In this document: positions 9,574 to 17,403 of the stretch, in pieces
How the letters are laid out: each line of letters begins with the position of its first letter
Position numbering within the stretch: the stretch's first letter is position 1
Origin: a virus
Taxonomy: Duplodnaviria; Caudoviricetes
DNA: 34,721 bases
IMG/VR virus record: IMGVR_UViG_3300046788_000140
Coordinates: 1 to 34,721 of that record
Direction: 5' to 3' (one strand)
The notes under the pieces: model-generated
What the model was told of the DNA's origin: nothing
The model's database searches: none
What the model saw: the letters and a program-made list of their open reading frames with translations, nothing else
Made by a program: the position numbers and the translations under genes

Positions 9574-10868
9574 TACGCGACCCTCCGGAGCGGCACGACG
9601 TTCGTCGCCGGAGCGGTCCCATCGAGACCGATCAGCGCGAGCGCGGTCGGCGCACCGTCGAGAAGCATATCCGCCCATTGACACGCGATCCGATGACGCG
9701 CGGAGCGATACTCCGCGTGATTGTAGTGCGCCTCGACCGCCGTCTTGCTCTTGTGCGCGAGCATGACCTCGACGATCCGGTCGGTCGTCGGATCGACCTC
9801 GTTCATGATCGTGCTGAACGTCCCGCGCCAGCCGTGCGGAACCATGATCTGACCGAGACCCGCCAGCCGGAGCGCGCGCTCCATGATCTTGTTCACGGTG
9901 CAACGCGACACGCGTCCCTCGCCGCGGTTCCCGTTCTTCCCCGCCGTCGCGAAGACGAACTCGTTCACCTTGATCCGCTTCGCCGCGCGGAGGACCTCGA
10001 TCGCCTGGGGCGCCAGCGCCACGACATGAGCGACGCGCGCCCCGTAGCGTCCCTTCATCCGTTCAGCCGGAACCGTCCACGTCGCCGCGTCGAGATCGAA
10101 CTCCGCCCATTTCGCCGCGAGCGCTTCCGTCTTCCGCGTCCCGGTGAGCGCGATCAGCCGGTGCGCCAGTAGAGTCCACGGCGCCGCCGACGTCCGCCGC
10201 GCCTCGACCGCCGCCAGGACCGCCCGCGCGTCCTCGATCGTCCGGACGAACGCCTGCGGCTTCTCGTCGCCAGGACGCCGCGTCGGCAGGTAGACCTCGA
10301 TCTTCTTCGCCGGATTGAACGGAACCCGATCCTCCGACCATGCGAAGTCGAACACGCGCGAGACGTATTGCTTCACCGCGACCGCGACCGCCGGGCCCTT
10401 GGCGAACAGATCGCCGACGAGTTTCCGGACCTCCGACGCCGTGACCTCCGCGATCGGACGATCGCCCCATACCTTGAAGACGTGAAGCGCGAGCCGCTGC
10501 TCGACGAGCTTCCGATGATGCGCGGTCCAGCGATGCTTGATCGCGAGCGTCTCGACCCACTCCGTCGCGACGAGCCGGAACGTCGTCTCCGACGCCTCGA
10601 CCGCGCGGACCCGCTCCGTCCGCTTCGCGTGGGCGGGATCTGGCGCGACCTTGATCGCCGCGCGCTTCGCCTTCGCGACCTTGATCGAGACGTCCGGGAA
10701 CGTCCCGAGATTGATCGTCGTCCGCTTCCCTTCGCGCTGAACCTTACAGCGCCACATCTTCTGCCGGGGTGTGACCCACAGATCGAGACCGTCGCCGAAC
10801 CGGAGGATATTCGCGGACCCGTCCGCGTTCGGAACCGCGCGCTGCGCGTCGAGGAACGAGCAGGTCAT
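9573..10868 (-). CDS. int: Tyrosine integrase, P4/IntA-type with N-terminal arm-binding domain
   Basis: Catalytic residues in TGTRKTE (R), RMKG (K), HGWR (HxxR), LAHK (H) and AHYNH (Y). N-terminal GDGLDLWV..KMWR...GKRTTINLGTFPDVSI. Confidence 0.95.
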   Translation of the reverse strand: MTCSFLDAQRAVPNADGSANILRFGDGLDLWVTPRQKMWRCKVQREGKRTTINLGTFPDVSIKVAKAKRAAIKVAPDPAHAKRTERVRAVEASETTFRLVATEWVETLAIKHRWTAHHRKLVEQRLALHVFKVWGDRPIAEVTASEVRKLVGDLFAKGPAVAVAVKQYVSRVFDFAWSEDRVPFNPAKKIEVYLPTRRPGDEKPQAFVRTIEDARAVLAAVEARRTSAAPWTLLAHRLIALTGTRKTEALAAKWAEFDLDAATWTVPAERMKGRYGARVAHVVALAPQAIEVLRAAKRIKVNEFVFATAGKNGNRGEGRVSRCTVNKIMERALRLAGLGQIMVPHGWRGTFSTIMNEVDPTTDRIVEVMLAHKSKTAVEAHYNHAEYRSARHRIACQWADMLLDGAPTALALIGLDGTAPATNVVPLRRVA

Positions 10869-11170
10869 CGGCCCGCCCTCCCGCTAAAGAAAACCACATC
10901 GCCAACACGCCAGCGATCGAGCTTTCCGATCTTCGCCCCGATCCTGATCTTGGCCCTCATGTCGTGGGCCTCGTCGATCGACATGCGCGGGAAGTAACCG
11001 AGATTGAGCGTCGTCCGCTTCCCGTCGCGCTGGACCTTGCAGCGCCACGTCTTCAAGCCGGAGGGGTAGACCCAGAGATCGAGACCGCGACCGAAGCGGA
11101 GGACTGTGACCTTGCCGGGGTCGCCGACCGCTCTTTGCGCGTCGAGGAAGCCGGGGGTATGGTTGGACAT
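10865..11170 (-). CDS. Stand-alone integrase arm-type DNA-binding domain protein (paralogue of the Int N-terminus)
   Basis: FLDAQRAV, LRFG.GLDLWV, WRCKVQR.GKRTT.NLG.FP..SI shared with Int. Own AAGGAG RBS and ATGA coupling to int. Confidence 0.85.
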   Translation of the reverse strand: MSNHTPGFLDAQRAVGDPGKVTVLRFGRGLDLWVYPSGLKTWRCKVQRDGKRTTLNLGYFPRMSIDEAHDMRAKIRIGAKIGKLDRWRVGDVVFFSGRAGR

Positions 11171-11199
11171 GCAAACGTGACTCCTTCGGAAATCGAAGA

Positions 11200-11230
11200 A
11201 CGGCGCCCCGCCTGCCAGACGAGGCGCCGT
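11200..11230. terminator. GC-rich hairpin, putative intrinsic terminator/attenuator upstream of the arm-domain and int genes
   Basis: acggcgcc (11200-11207) pairs with ggcgccgt (11223-11230), with pyrimidine-rich runs after the stem on both strands. Confidence 0.55.
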
Positions 11231-11242
11231 CCCTTTTCGTGA

Positions 11243-11455
11243 TCAGCTAATCTCGGACACCGTGACCGTGTCTCCCGGATAGAGGAACTCCGTCGCCAGG
11301 ATCAGCGACGCCGCTGCCTGCGCCGTCTCCTGCGCGAGCGTCTCGTCGGTGGCGTCACGATGGACCGAGACAATCCGCTCGTCGAGAGGACCCGCTCCGT
11401 TCGACAGAACGACCCTGACCCGCCGACGCTTCGAGCGATTCGGATGATTGATCAT
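11243..11455 (-). CDS. Small hypothetical protein (MINHPNRS...)
   Basis: AAGGA RBS, 70 aa. Confidence 0.55.
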   Translation of the reverse strand: MINHPNRSKRRRVRVVLSNGAGPLDERIVSVHRDATDETLAQETAQAAASLILATEFLYPGDTVTVSEIS

Positions 11456-11471
11456 CGAGGTTCCTTCTCGT

Positions 11472-11783
11472 TTACCAGCAGTTATACCGGCAGACATAGA
11501 CGACCGGCGGCGAGTAGACCGGATGGCTTGCCGCGTAGCCGGCGGCAGCGCCGACCGCCGCCGCGCCAAGCACCGCGAGAAAACCGGTGGCGACCTTGGC
11601 CGCTTGCTCGTTGTGCTCGGCGTTCACCTGCGCCTGGAACTGCGGAACTTGACCGCAAGAGACCTGATCGCCGGAAGCGCAGAGCGAGCGAGCGTTGTCG
11701 AGGTAGGGCTGGCTGGGGGCCACGCACGCCGCGAGGCCGACGACCAGAGCGAGAGACACGCAAGAGCTTTTCAGAATGTTCAC
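11472..11783 (-). CDS. Putative lipoprotein
   Basis: GTG start. Signal MNILKSSCVSLALVVGLAAC with an LAAC lipobox and a second hydrophobic segment. Confidence 0.7.
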   Translation of the reverse strand: MNILKSSCVSLALVVGLAACVAPSQPYLDNARSLCASGDQVSCGQVPQFQAQVNAEHNEQAAKVATGFLAVLGAAAVGAAAGYAASHPVYSPPVVYVCRYNCW

Positions 11784-11834
11784 GTTAAAAGTTCCTGCCC
11801 CAGACAAACCCCGAGGCGCGGGTCCTGTGACCTC

Positions 11835-11892
11835 ACTGGTCCAGGCGGAAAGAACGAGGACCCGCGCCCTCGTTCCTTCCGTCCGGATCAGT
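11835..11892. other. 25-bp intergenic RNA hairpin with an alternative pairing partner at 11815-11826
   Basis: 11835-11859 pairs with 11868-11892 (two wobbles, two mismatches) around the loop acccgcgc. 11857-11868 is the exact reverse complement of 11815-11826. Confidence 0.7.
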
Positions 11893-12108
11893 TCACGGAA
11901 GAACGTGAATGACGACAGTCCCGACGAAGTCGCCCGGAACCTCCGGACGGACCCGGTTCTTGATCCACGTCTTCGCGTCCGCGTAGGTCATCGAGGGAGA
12001 GAAGTGCGGCTCGTTGGTGATGTGGTTGACCGCGAAAGCCCACGAACCGCGACCCTTCGGAGCGCGACCGTGCGAGCGGACGAATGGGTTGGTATTAAAG
12101 TCGAACAT
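11893..12108 (-). CDS. Small phage protein (SHG..P.GRGSWAF motif)
   Basis: AGGAG RBS, 71 aa. First gene after the leftward promoter. Confidence 0.65.
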   Translation of the reverse strand: MFDFNTNPFVRSHGRAPKGRGSWAFAVNHITNEPHFSPSMTYADAKTWIKNRVRPEVPGDFVGTVVIHVLP

Positions 12109-12126
12109 CGAAAAACTCCTGCCCCT

Positions 12127-12373
12127 GAACCCGAGGCGCGATGCCGGAGAAGCCCGGCTTGAACCCACTGGCCGACGAATTTGAACCCGTTTGTTCGATC
12201 AGCGGTGAAGCCTTTATACTCACGAACCCTTAAAATGTCGAGGAATACCGACGCATGAAGACGTATGAGAAGCCGCGCCGCGTTCTGATCAACAACGTCT
12301 ATTCCGCCCCCTAGCTGCTGGAATCGCTCGGTTTTCCGCCAGGACCCCCGGAACTAGAACCCATCTCGAACCC
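12127..12373. other. Candidate attP region
   Basis: Six direct GAACCC copies (12127, 12161, 12183, 12224, 12357, 12368) and a tandem 10-bp repeat gacgcatgaa/gacgtatgag (12250-12269) in a non-coding gap upstream of int. Confidence 0.5.
12213..12241 (-). promoter_or_regulatory. Sigma70-type promoter driving the lysogeny/integrase cluster
   Basis: Minus strand TCGACA-17 nt-TATAAA. Confidence 0.65.
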
Positions 12374-12380
12374 AGTCATT

Positions 12381-12584
12381 CTAGGCGCGCATGGCTCGAA
12401 TCGCCCGCATCGCATCGGAAACCCCTTCGGCGTCAAGGCGCTTCCGCATCTCCATCATCTCGACCGGGTCCGGCACGAACTCGCACAACCATCCGCAGAC
12501 CGCGCACAGCCGACTCTCCGGAACCTCGACGGTTCCGAGATCGACGACGTGAACGCCGCACCCCTCACAATCGAACTCGATCAT
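12381..12584 (-). CDS. Small zinc-ribbon-like protein
   Basis: CEGC and CAVC motifs. ATGA coupling. Confidence 0.6.
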   Translation of the reverse strand: MIEFDCEGCGVHVVDLGTVEVPESRLCAVCGWLCEFVPDPVEMMEMRKRLDAEGVSDAMRAIRAMRA

Positions 12585-12889
12585 CGCTCCGCGTCCTCGA
12601 TCGTTCGTCGCGCGAGATCGCAGAGGACCTTCGTCGTCGCCTCGTCCTCGCCGGTCAGGTTGCGCCACGTCGCGCGATCTTCGTCGCTCCAAGGCCCGCC
12701 GCGATGAAACAGCAACACGACACGCGCCAGCCGATCCCGTCGATCCGCCCGCACATACTCGACCGCGTCGTGGTCGCCGCTCCCGGACGGATCAGACTGA
12801 TCGCACCATATGTGCGACCCTCCCTCGCCCTCGAATAGCAACAGGAATATCCGCTCCGGCACGATCGTCGGATCGACCTTCCGCTTCAT
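12581..12889 (-). CDS. Hypothetical protein
   Basis: PERIFL...WC.......DAVEYVRAD motif common in phage early ORFs. Coupled. Confidence 0.65.
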   Translation of the reverse strand: MKRKVDPTIVPERIFLLLFEGEGGSHIWCDQSDPSGSGDHDAVEYVRADRRDRLARVVLLFHRGGPWSDEDRATWRNLTGEDEATTKVLCDLARRTIEDAER

Positions 12890-13083
12890 GGCTCGTCCTC
12901 CGCTGATGCTGGTCTGGTGCCGACGGTGAATGTGACCCCGCCGCCGCTTCCGTCGCTCGGTCGGTAGGTCACGCTGACCTCGACGTGCCAGTCGTCACCG
13001 GTCAGCGTTTGCTCATACCCGGCCAGCAACTCGCGCAGCTTCGCCATGATCCATTTCGGATCGAGCTTCTCGTCCGTCTTCAT
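12886..13083 (-). CDS. Hypothetical protein (MKTDEKLDPK...)
   Basis: GGAGAGG RBS and ATGA coupling on both sides. Confidence 0.55.
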   Translation of the reverse strand: MKTDEKLDPKWIMAKLRELLAGYEQTLTGDDWHVEVSVTYRPSDGSGGGVTFTVGTRPASAEDEP

Positions 13084-13241
13084 CCTCTCCCCCATAGCTT
13101 GTGAGCTTGCAGGACGCGCTGCATCGCGAGCCGGAGCGTCAGGACGAGGAACCCCGCCGCGACGTAGGCGTGGTGGAACATTGCGTCGATCAGGACGACG
13201 ACCGTCACCGATAGCGTCAGCCACGCCGCGAGCGGCTTCAT
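13080..13241 (-). CDS. Small membrane protein
   Basis: MKPLAAWLTLSVTVVVLIDAMFHHAYVAAGFLVLTL. Coupled on both sides. Confidence 0.5.
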   Translation of the reverse strand: MKPLAAWLTLSVTVVVLIDAMFHHAYVAAGFLVLTLRLAMQRVLQAHKLWGRG

Positions 13242-13579
13242 CCCGCTAGATCGTCCTGTTTCCGGTCCCATTTCTCCTGCGCGCGCTGCAAGGTTTCAGA
13301 CCTTGCCTGATCGAGCGTCTCGACGCTTTGATCGTCCGGCAGACACAAGCGACCGTCAGGCATCACATGCCACATCGTCGAATCGGCACCTTCGCCTTCG
13401 AGCATCAACGGTTCGAGCCAGAGTGAGACATTCCCCTCATAGACCGCCCACGCGATGACCGGATGCGCTTCGACAACGACATCTCCCTCGGTCGGACGCT
13501 CCCCGGGCCGATTTGCGACGGAGATAATCTGAACGATTTGCCCCGGCGTAGCGGGGACGACGGTGATCAGCTTTGGCAT
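13238..13579 (-). CDS. Hypothetical protein (MPKLITVVPATPG...PVIAWAV)
   Basis: TGATG coupling with the upstream gene. Confidence 0.6.
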   Translation of the reverse strand: MPKLITVVPATPGQIVQIISVANRPGERPTEGDVVVEAHPVIAWAVYEGNVSLWLEPLMLEGEGADSTMWHVMPDGRLCLPDDQSVETLDQARSETLQRAQEKWDRKQDDLAG

Positions 13580-13938
13580 CAGTGCAATCCGTGGGGCGAG
13601 ACCGCCGCCGCGTCGTCGGCGTTCCGGATCAGGATCGCCGCGAAGCTCCGCAACTCGTCGACGTCGTTCTCCCGCGCGCCTAGCTTCCGCGCCTGCGGAA
13701 TGCTTTCGACGAGCGACTCGCCTACCGCCCGCAACGCGCTCGGCGTGAAGACTGCCTTGGTGTCGTTTATCACGACGAGGACGAGTATCTCGTCCGGACG
13801 CTCCGTCTCGACGCCGATGCTCACATTCACGTCGAAGTGGCCGCGCGCGTGCAGGAACGCCGACACGATCGCCCCACAGGCAGCGGGGCCGTGGTAGACG
13901 CCTTCGAGGTCCGTCACATGCGACCAAGGATCAGCCAT
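13579..13938 (-). CDS. Hypothetical protein
   Basis: 119-aa ORF in the operon. Confidence 0.55.
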   Translation of the reverse strand: MADPWSHVTDLEGVYHGPAACGAIVSAFLHARGHFDVNVSIGVETERPDEILVLVVINDTKAVFTPSALRAVGESLVESIPQARKLGARENDVDELRSFAAILIRNADDAAAVSPHGLH

Positions 13939-14003
13939 AGCAGCAACCCCCACAATTTGAGGCCCACGACCGACGCTAGGACGATCCCGCGCGCCGCGTT
14001 CAA
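13914..14003 (-). CDS. Putative 29-aa single-TM microprotein
   Basis: TTG overlaps the upstream stop (TTGA). Translation MNAARGIVLASVVGLKLWGLLLWLILGRM. Confidence 0.35.
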   Translation of the reverse strand: MNAARGIVLASVVGLKLWGLLLWLILGRM

Positions 14004-14248
14004 CTCTCGACTGATCGAGGGGGGAAGACGACGCCCTCCCCGAAACGCCAGTCGAACACGGTGAAGTCGCCGCCGTCTGTTATGATGATCTTCGCGATCT
14101 CGCCTAAGCGCGCCGCGCGTTCCTCCGTCAGCCATTTCGCCCATGTAACCGCGCGCTTCGCCGACACGAACGAAAGCTCGCGCGAATAGGACCCATCGGG
14201 CGCGAAGACGTAGACGCTGAACTCGTCGCGCTCGACCTCGTCGCTCAT
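14000..14248 (-). CDS. Hypothetical phage protein (IIITDGGD..VF.W..G.G..FP motif)
   Basis: GAGG RBS and ATGA coupling. Confidence 0.65.
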   Translation of the reverse strand: MSDEVERDEFSVYVFAPDGSYSRELSFVSAKRAVTWAKWLTEERAARLGEIAKIIITDGGDFTVFDWRFGEGVVFPPRSVES

Positions 14249-14595
14249 TTGTCCTCGGCCTTTAGCTGCTGGATAAAGGGGTCCATCCCTTGACGCATGG
14301 CGTGGGCCTCTTTTAACGCAAGCTCCAAGGGTGAACCGGGGCGACCAGACCACGATGCGCGACCGCGCCAAGCGCGAACGATCTCGCGCGATCCCTTGAA
14401 CTCGCGCCCGACGTATCCGGTCTTGCTAATGAGAACGACATCGAAGCAACCCGGCTTGCCGGTTGATCGAGCGGTGACGACCTCATAGTGGGCGGGGTAA
14501 TGCGCCGCTCGTCCTGATCGCCTTGCGTCGGGTGCGATCGGACGCTCCGCCGCGCGAGCGGTAAGCGTCGTCAGCTTGGGATCGGCGTTCCTCAT
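14245..14595 (-). CDS. Hypothetical protein
   Basis: GGAG RBS and ATGA coupling. Confidence 0.5.
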   Translation of the reverse strand: MRNADPKLTTLTARAAERPIAPDARRSGRAAHYPAHYEVVTARSTGKPGCFDVVLISKTGYVGREFKGSREIVRAWRGRASWSGRPGSPLELALKEAHAMRQGMDPFIQQLKAEDK

Positions 14596-14684
14596 GGCAA
14601 GCTCCGGAACGCCTCGACCACGAACAACGCGATCGAGGACCATGCCAGCATGAACAGGACGATCAGACCGACGAGCCGTGTCAT
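14592..14684 (-). CDS. Putative 30-aa single-TM microprotein
   Basis: MTRLVGLIVLFMLAWSSIALFVVEAFRSLP. Starts right after the upstream TAG and its stop overlaps the next ATG. Confidence 0.45.
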   Translation of the reverse strand: MTRLVGLIVLFMLAWSSIALFVVEAFRSLP

Positions 14685-15545
14685 CTAGGCCGTCGCTCCC
14701 GCGTGCGGCTCGTGACGTCGACGAGGACGAGCCGCTGGCTTCGGTGGCGGTGCTGGCTCCGCCTTGGGCGCCGCTGGTGCCCGAGGTGTGCCATAGGCTT
14801 CCTTTACGAGCGCAGCGATGGCACGCGTCAGGTTTCCGCCGAACGCTTCCTTGGTCGCCTTCGCCGACCCTAACAATTTGCCAGGGGTGAACTTACGGAT
14901 CACACGCTTGGACAGCCGGACTGGGTCGATCTCGATCTCGGACTGCGCCAGGAACAAAGCGAACCCGCGCATGATGTATGCGTCGAACGCGGCGTGTTCG
15001 AGTTTCCACACGACCTTAATCGCGTCGAGCGTAGTGGCGAGACCCTGCTCGCCGAACTGCTTGTAAATCGAGAGGACCGCCGACACCGCGCGGATGCAGC
15101 CGTCCGCATCCGAGTCGTCGATCCGCAGTCCCGCCCTGCGAACGAGGCTGTTCACCGTGACCGCCGACGCAACCTCGCCGGTGACGTCGGTCTTGAATAT
15201 CTCCATCGCGGTCGGCTTCGTCCGCATCCCGTTCATGGCGGAGAAGATTTGCGCCGCGCGCTTCGCGTCGCCCGCAGGGATGACACTGCACGGAACCCGC
15301 TGGTTCTCGTCGCCGGACCAGATGCGAATCGCGGTCGCGCGAGTCTGGCCGTCGTTGATGTGATACTTCCCGCCCTCGATCGCGGAGACGCACAGAACGC
15401 CTAACAAGTCCGGATCGAAATTCTCCGCGATCTGCTTCGCGCGCTTCTCGCCTAGCTTCCGCTGTGCCTCCGGCCACTTGACGACGAGGTCCGCGACCCT
15501 GATCCACGCGACAGGCTGGTTGGTCTTCCCGAGTGTGTCGGTCAC
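14685..15545 (-). CDS. ParB/Srx-like (DUF6551-like) protein
   Basis: GTG start in a GTGA overlap. AQR...FDPDLLGVLCVS...YHINDGQTRATA. Confidence 0.7.
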   Translation of the reverse strand: MTDTLGKTNQPVAWIRVADLVVKWPEAQRKLGEKRAKQIAENFDPDLLGVLCVSAIEGGKYHINDGQTRATAIRIWSGDENQRVPCSVIPAGDAKRAAQIFSAMNGMRTKPTAMEIFKTDVTGEVASAVTVNSLVRRAGLRIDDSDADGCIRAVSAVLSIYKQFGEQGLATTLDAIKVVWKLEHAAFDAYIMRGFALFLAQSEIEIDPVRLSKRVIRKFTPGKLLGSAKATKEAFGGNLTRAIAALVKEAYGTPRAPAAPKAEPAPPPKPAARPRRRHEPHAGATA

Positions 15546-16702
15546 TGATGTATTCCCCTTATCTTCCGTTCCAGAACCCGGATGTTGGTGATCGCCTCTG
15601 CCAACTCTTTGAGGACCCGCCGCGCACGGTCGGGCGCGAGATGAGGGACGACAATCCGCGTCGCGTTCGCGCACGATTGCAACATGATCCCGAGGCCGCG
15701 ATCGAACCTGTCCAGCCGCGCCGCCTCGCGCGCATCGTTCGGGGCGTTGCTTTTCTCGCCTCTGCCCGCTCCCCACAGGCGTTGCGCGATCGGAGCGACG
15801 GGTTTGTAAATGTCCGCGATCGGCTTCTCGTTCTCGTTCATCAACCGGAGCGCAGTCGCGACAAGCCTCGCGTCCCGCTCCGACAGATCGGAGCGATCTG
15901 CGAGCTGCACGATGTTGACGATCTCCCGGATCGCGTGTCTCGGCACACCGACTTGCGCCGTGACCGCCTCGAACGAACCGAGGTCCTTCCGCAACTCGAC
16001 AGCGCGCCGCGCCGCCGCCTCGACCGTCATGCCTTGGGGCAGCGTCTTGATCCCGCCTTTACCCTTGCGCCAGGAGCCGCGCTTCGGTCGCTCGTTGCCG
16101 TTCACCTCGCCGGAGGACGTCTCGCCGCCGTTCGACTTGCGGGGTCGTGGCACAGGCGGGGGCATATCCCCTTCGTCTTGGGCGCGTGCTCTGATCTGGT
16201 TTCCGAGTGTGGACACGTTCGCCTCTCCGCGCGCGACCGCCGCGATCTCGTCTGGCGTGCCGTGTTGCAGGATCGTCTTCGCCTGGAAGACCTGGGGGCG
16301 GCTGATGTGCAACAATCGCGCCGCGTCCCCCGCGCTGATCCGACCACCGTCAATTTTTTGACTGTGGTCGCTGACGCGATCTCCGCCCTCCGTGTCGTTG
16401 GCAAGCCGCGCCGCGATCATCGCCCGCTGGCTGACCGTCAGATGCCGCCGATGCAGGTTCTTTGACAGGACGAACGCCAGCGGATCGGTGCCGCCCGGCA
16501 GTTCGACCATCTCGGGCTTGACGCCACCGGCACGACAGGCGCGGAAGCGATTGCGACCGTCAACGATCAGTCCGCCAGACATCACGATCGGTTCGCGCAA
16601 TCCGTTCTGCCGGATGTCCTCGACCAACGCCGCGAAGTCGTCGCCCTCCATCAACGGGAACAGGTCCGCGAGCGGGTGCGAAGGATGATCGCCGCCGTTC
16701 AT
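15542..16702 (-). CDS. ParB N-terminal domain protein with HTH (start may be GTG 16717)
   Basis: HPLADLFPLM, LVEDIRQNGLREPI, IVDGRNRFRAC and SKNLHRRHLTVSQRA, followed by a DAARLLHISR HTH-like segment. Confidence 0.85.
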   Translation of the reverse strand: MNGGDHPSHPLADLFPLMEGDDFAALVEDIRQNGLREPIVMSGGLIVDGRNRFRACRAGGVKPEMVELPGGTDPLAFVLSKNLHRRHLTVSQRAMIAARLANDTEGGDRVSDHSQKIDGGRISAGDAARLLHISRPQVFQAKTILQHGTPDEIAAVARGEANVSTLGNQIRARAQDEGDMPPPVPRPRKSNGGETSSGEVNGNERPKRGSWRKGKGGIKTLPQGMTVEAAARRAVELRKDLGSFEAVTAQVGVPRHAIREIVNIVQLADRSDLSERDARLVATALRLMNENEKPIADIYKPVAPIAQRLWGAGRGEKSNAPNDAREAARLDRFDRGLGIMLQSCANATRIVVPHLAPDRARRVLKELAEAITNIRVLERKIRGIHQ

Positions 16703-16713
16703 CGCTCGCCGCG

Positions 16714-16938
16714 TCACGCGGCGCGACCGACCGGGAACATCATGTCCGCGACGAGCTTCGCTCCGCGCAACCCGACGTCGTTCCTGGCGAACGTCTTGTC
16801 GCAGCAAGGACACTTGTCGAGCGGCAAGCCCTCGGCCCTGGGCATGATCACCCAACCGTCGACACCCTCGACGATCGCAAGTCCGTCCTGGCGCTGATTA
16901 CCCTGCCAGCGCTCCGCGTCCTCCGGGCGTATGCTCAT
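16714..16938 (-). CDS. Hypothetical protein (CPCC motif)
   Basis: 74 aa with a GGGGG RBS-like run. Confidence 0.55.
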   Translation of the reverse strand: MSIRPEDAERWQGNQRQDGLAIVEGVDGWVIMPRAEGLPLDKCPCCDKTFARNDVGLRGAKLVADMMFPVGRAA

Positions 16939-17137
16939 GGTTCCCCCCTTTGAGCGTTCGTAATTCCATCAGGAAATCGCGCGCGGCTTCGAGCCGCCCC
17001 ATGTGGCTGTTCGCGTCGAGCCGGTTCATCTTCCCGGTCCGGACCCGCTCCGCGTAGAACCGGCTGCGGATGTAAAGCTCGCGCTCGACCTCCGCGATCG
17101 CCTCGTTCAGCCGGACGCGAAAGAGTTCAGTCGCCAC
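16898..17137 (-). CDS. Hypothetical phage protein
   Basis: IAEVEREL..R...Y...V..GKM motif typical of small phage proteins. Confidence 0.65.
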   Translation of the reverse strand: MATELFRVRLNEAIAEVERELYIRSRFYAERVRTGKMNRLDANSHMGRLEAARDFLMELRTLKGGNHEHTPGGRGALAG

Positions 17138-17402
17138 GCCGCGACCGCTTCACTGGTTCGAGCGACTTCGCCGCCGACGCCTCGATCGCCCGCGCCTGTG
17201 AGGCGCGCTCCGCGATCCACGCGTTCACGTCGCGCTCGCGCCAGCGCGGCATGTTTCCGAGCATGAGCGGCGAGATAAAGCGTCCTTCCTTGACCATCCG
17301 CGCCAGCGTCGACGGATCACAGTCGAGGCGCTGGGCGACGATGAAGCGACCGAGCAATCGTTCGGCGCCGCCGTCGTCCTCGACCGTCGCGAGCGCTTCC
17401 AC
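17127..17402 (-). CDS. AlpA-family winged HTH, probable excisionase
   Basis: STLARMVKEGRFISPLMLG..PRWRERDVNAWI. Confidence 0.75.
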   Translation of the reverse strand: MEALATVEDDGGAERLLGRFIVAQRLDCDPSTLARMVKEGRFISPLMLGNMPRWRERDVNAWIAERASQARAIEASAAKSLEPVKRSRRGD

Positions 17403-17403
17403 G

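Noticed and set aside
10865-11170. Integrase pseudogene or frameshifted 5' part of int
   Set aside because: Int already has its own complete arm-binding domain, and the small ORF has an RBS and an intact frame. Decay cannot be fully excluded.
12296-12314. GGGGGCGGAATAG (minus strand) as a tRNA/tmRNA 5' end
   Set aside because: Too short, with no cloverleaf or T-loop nearby. Kept only as part of the possible att core.
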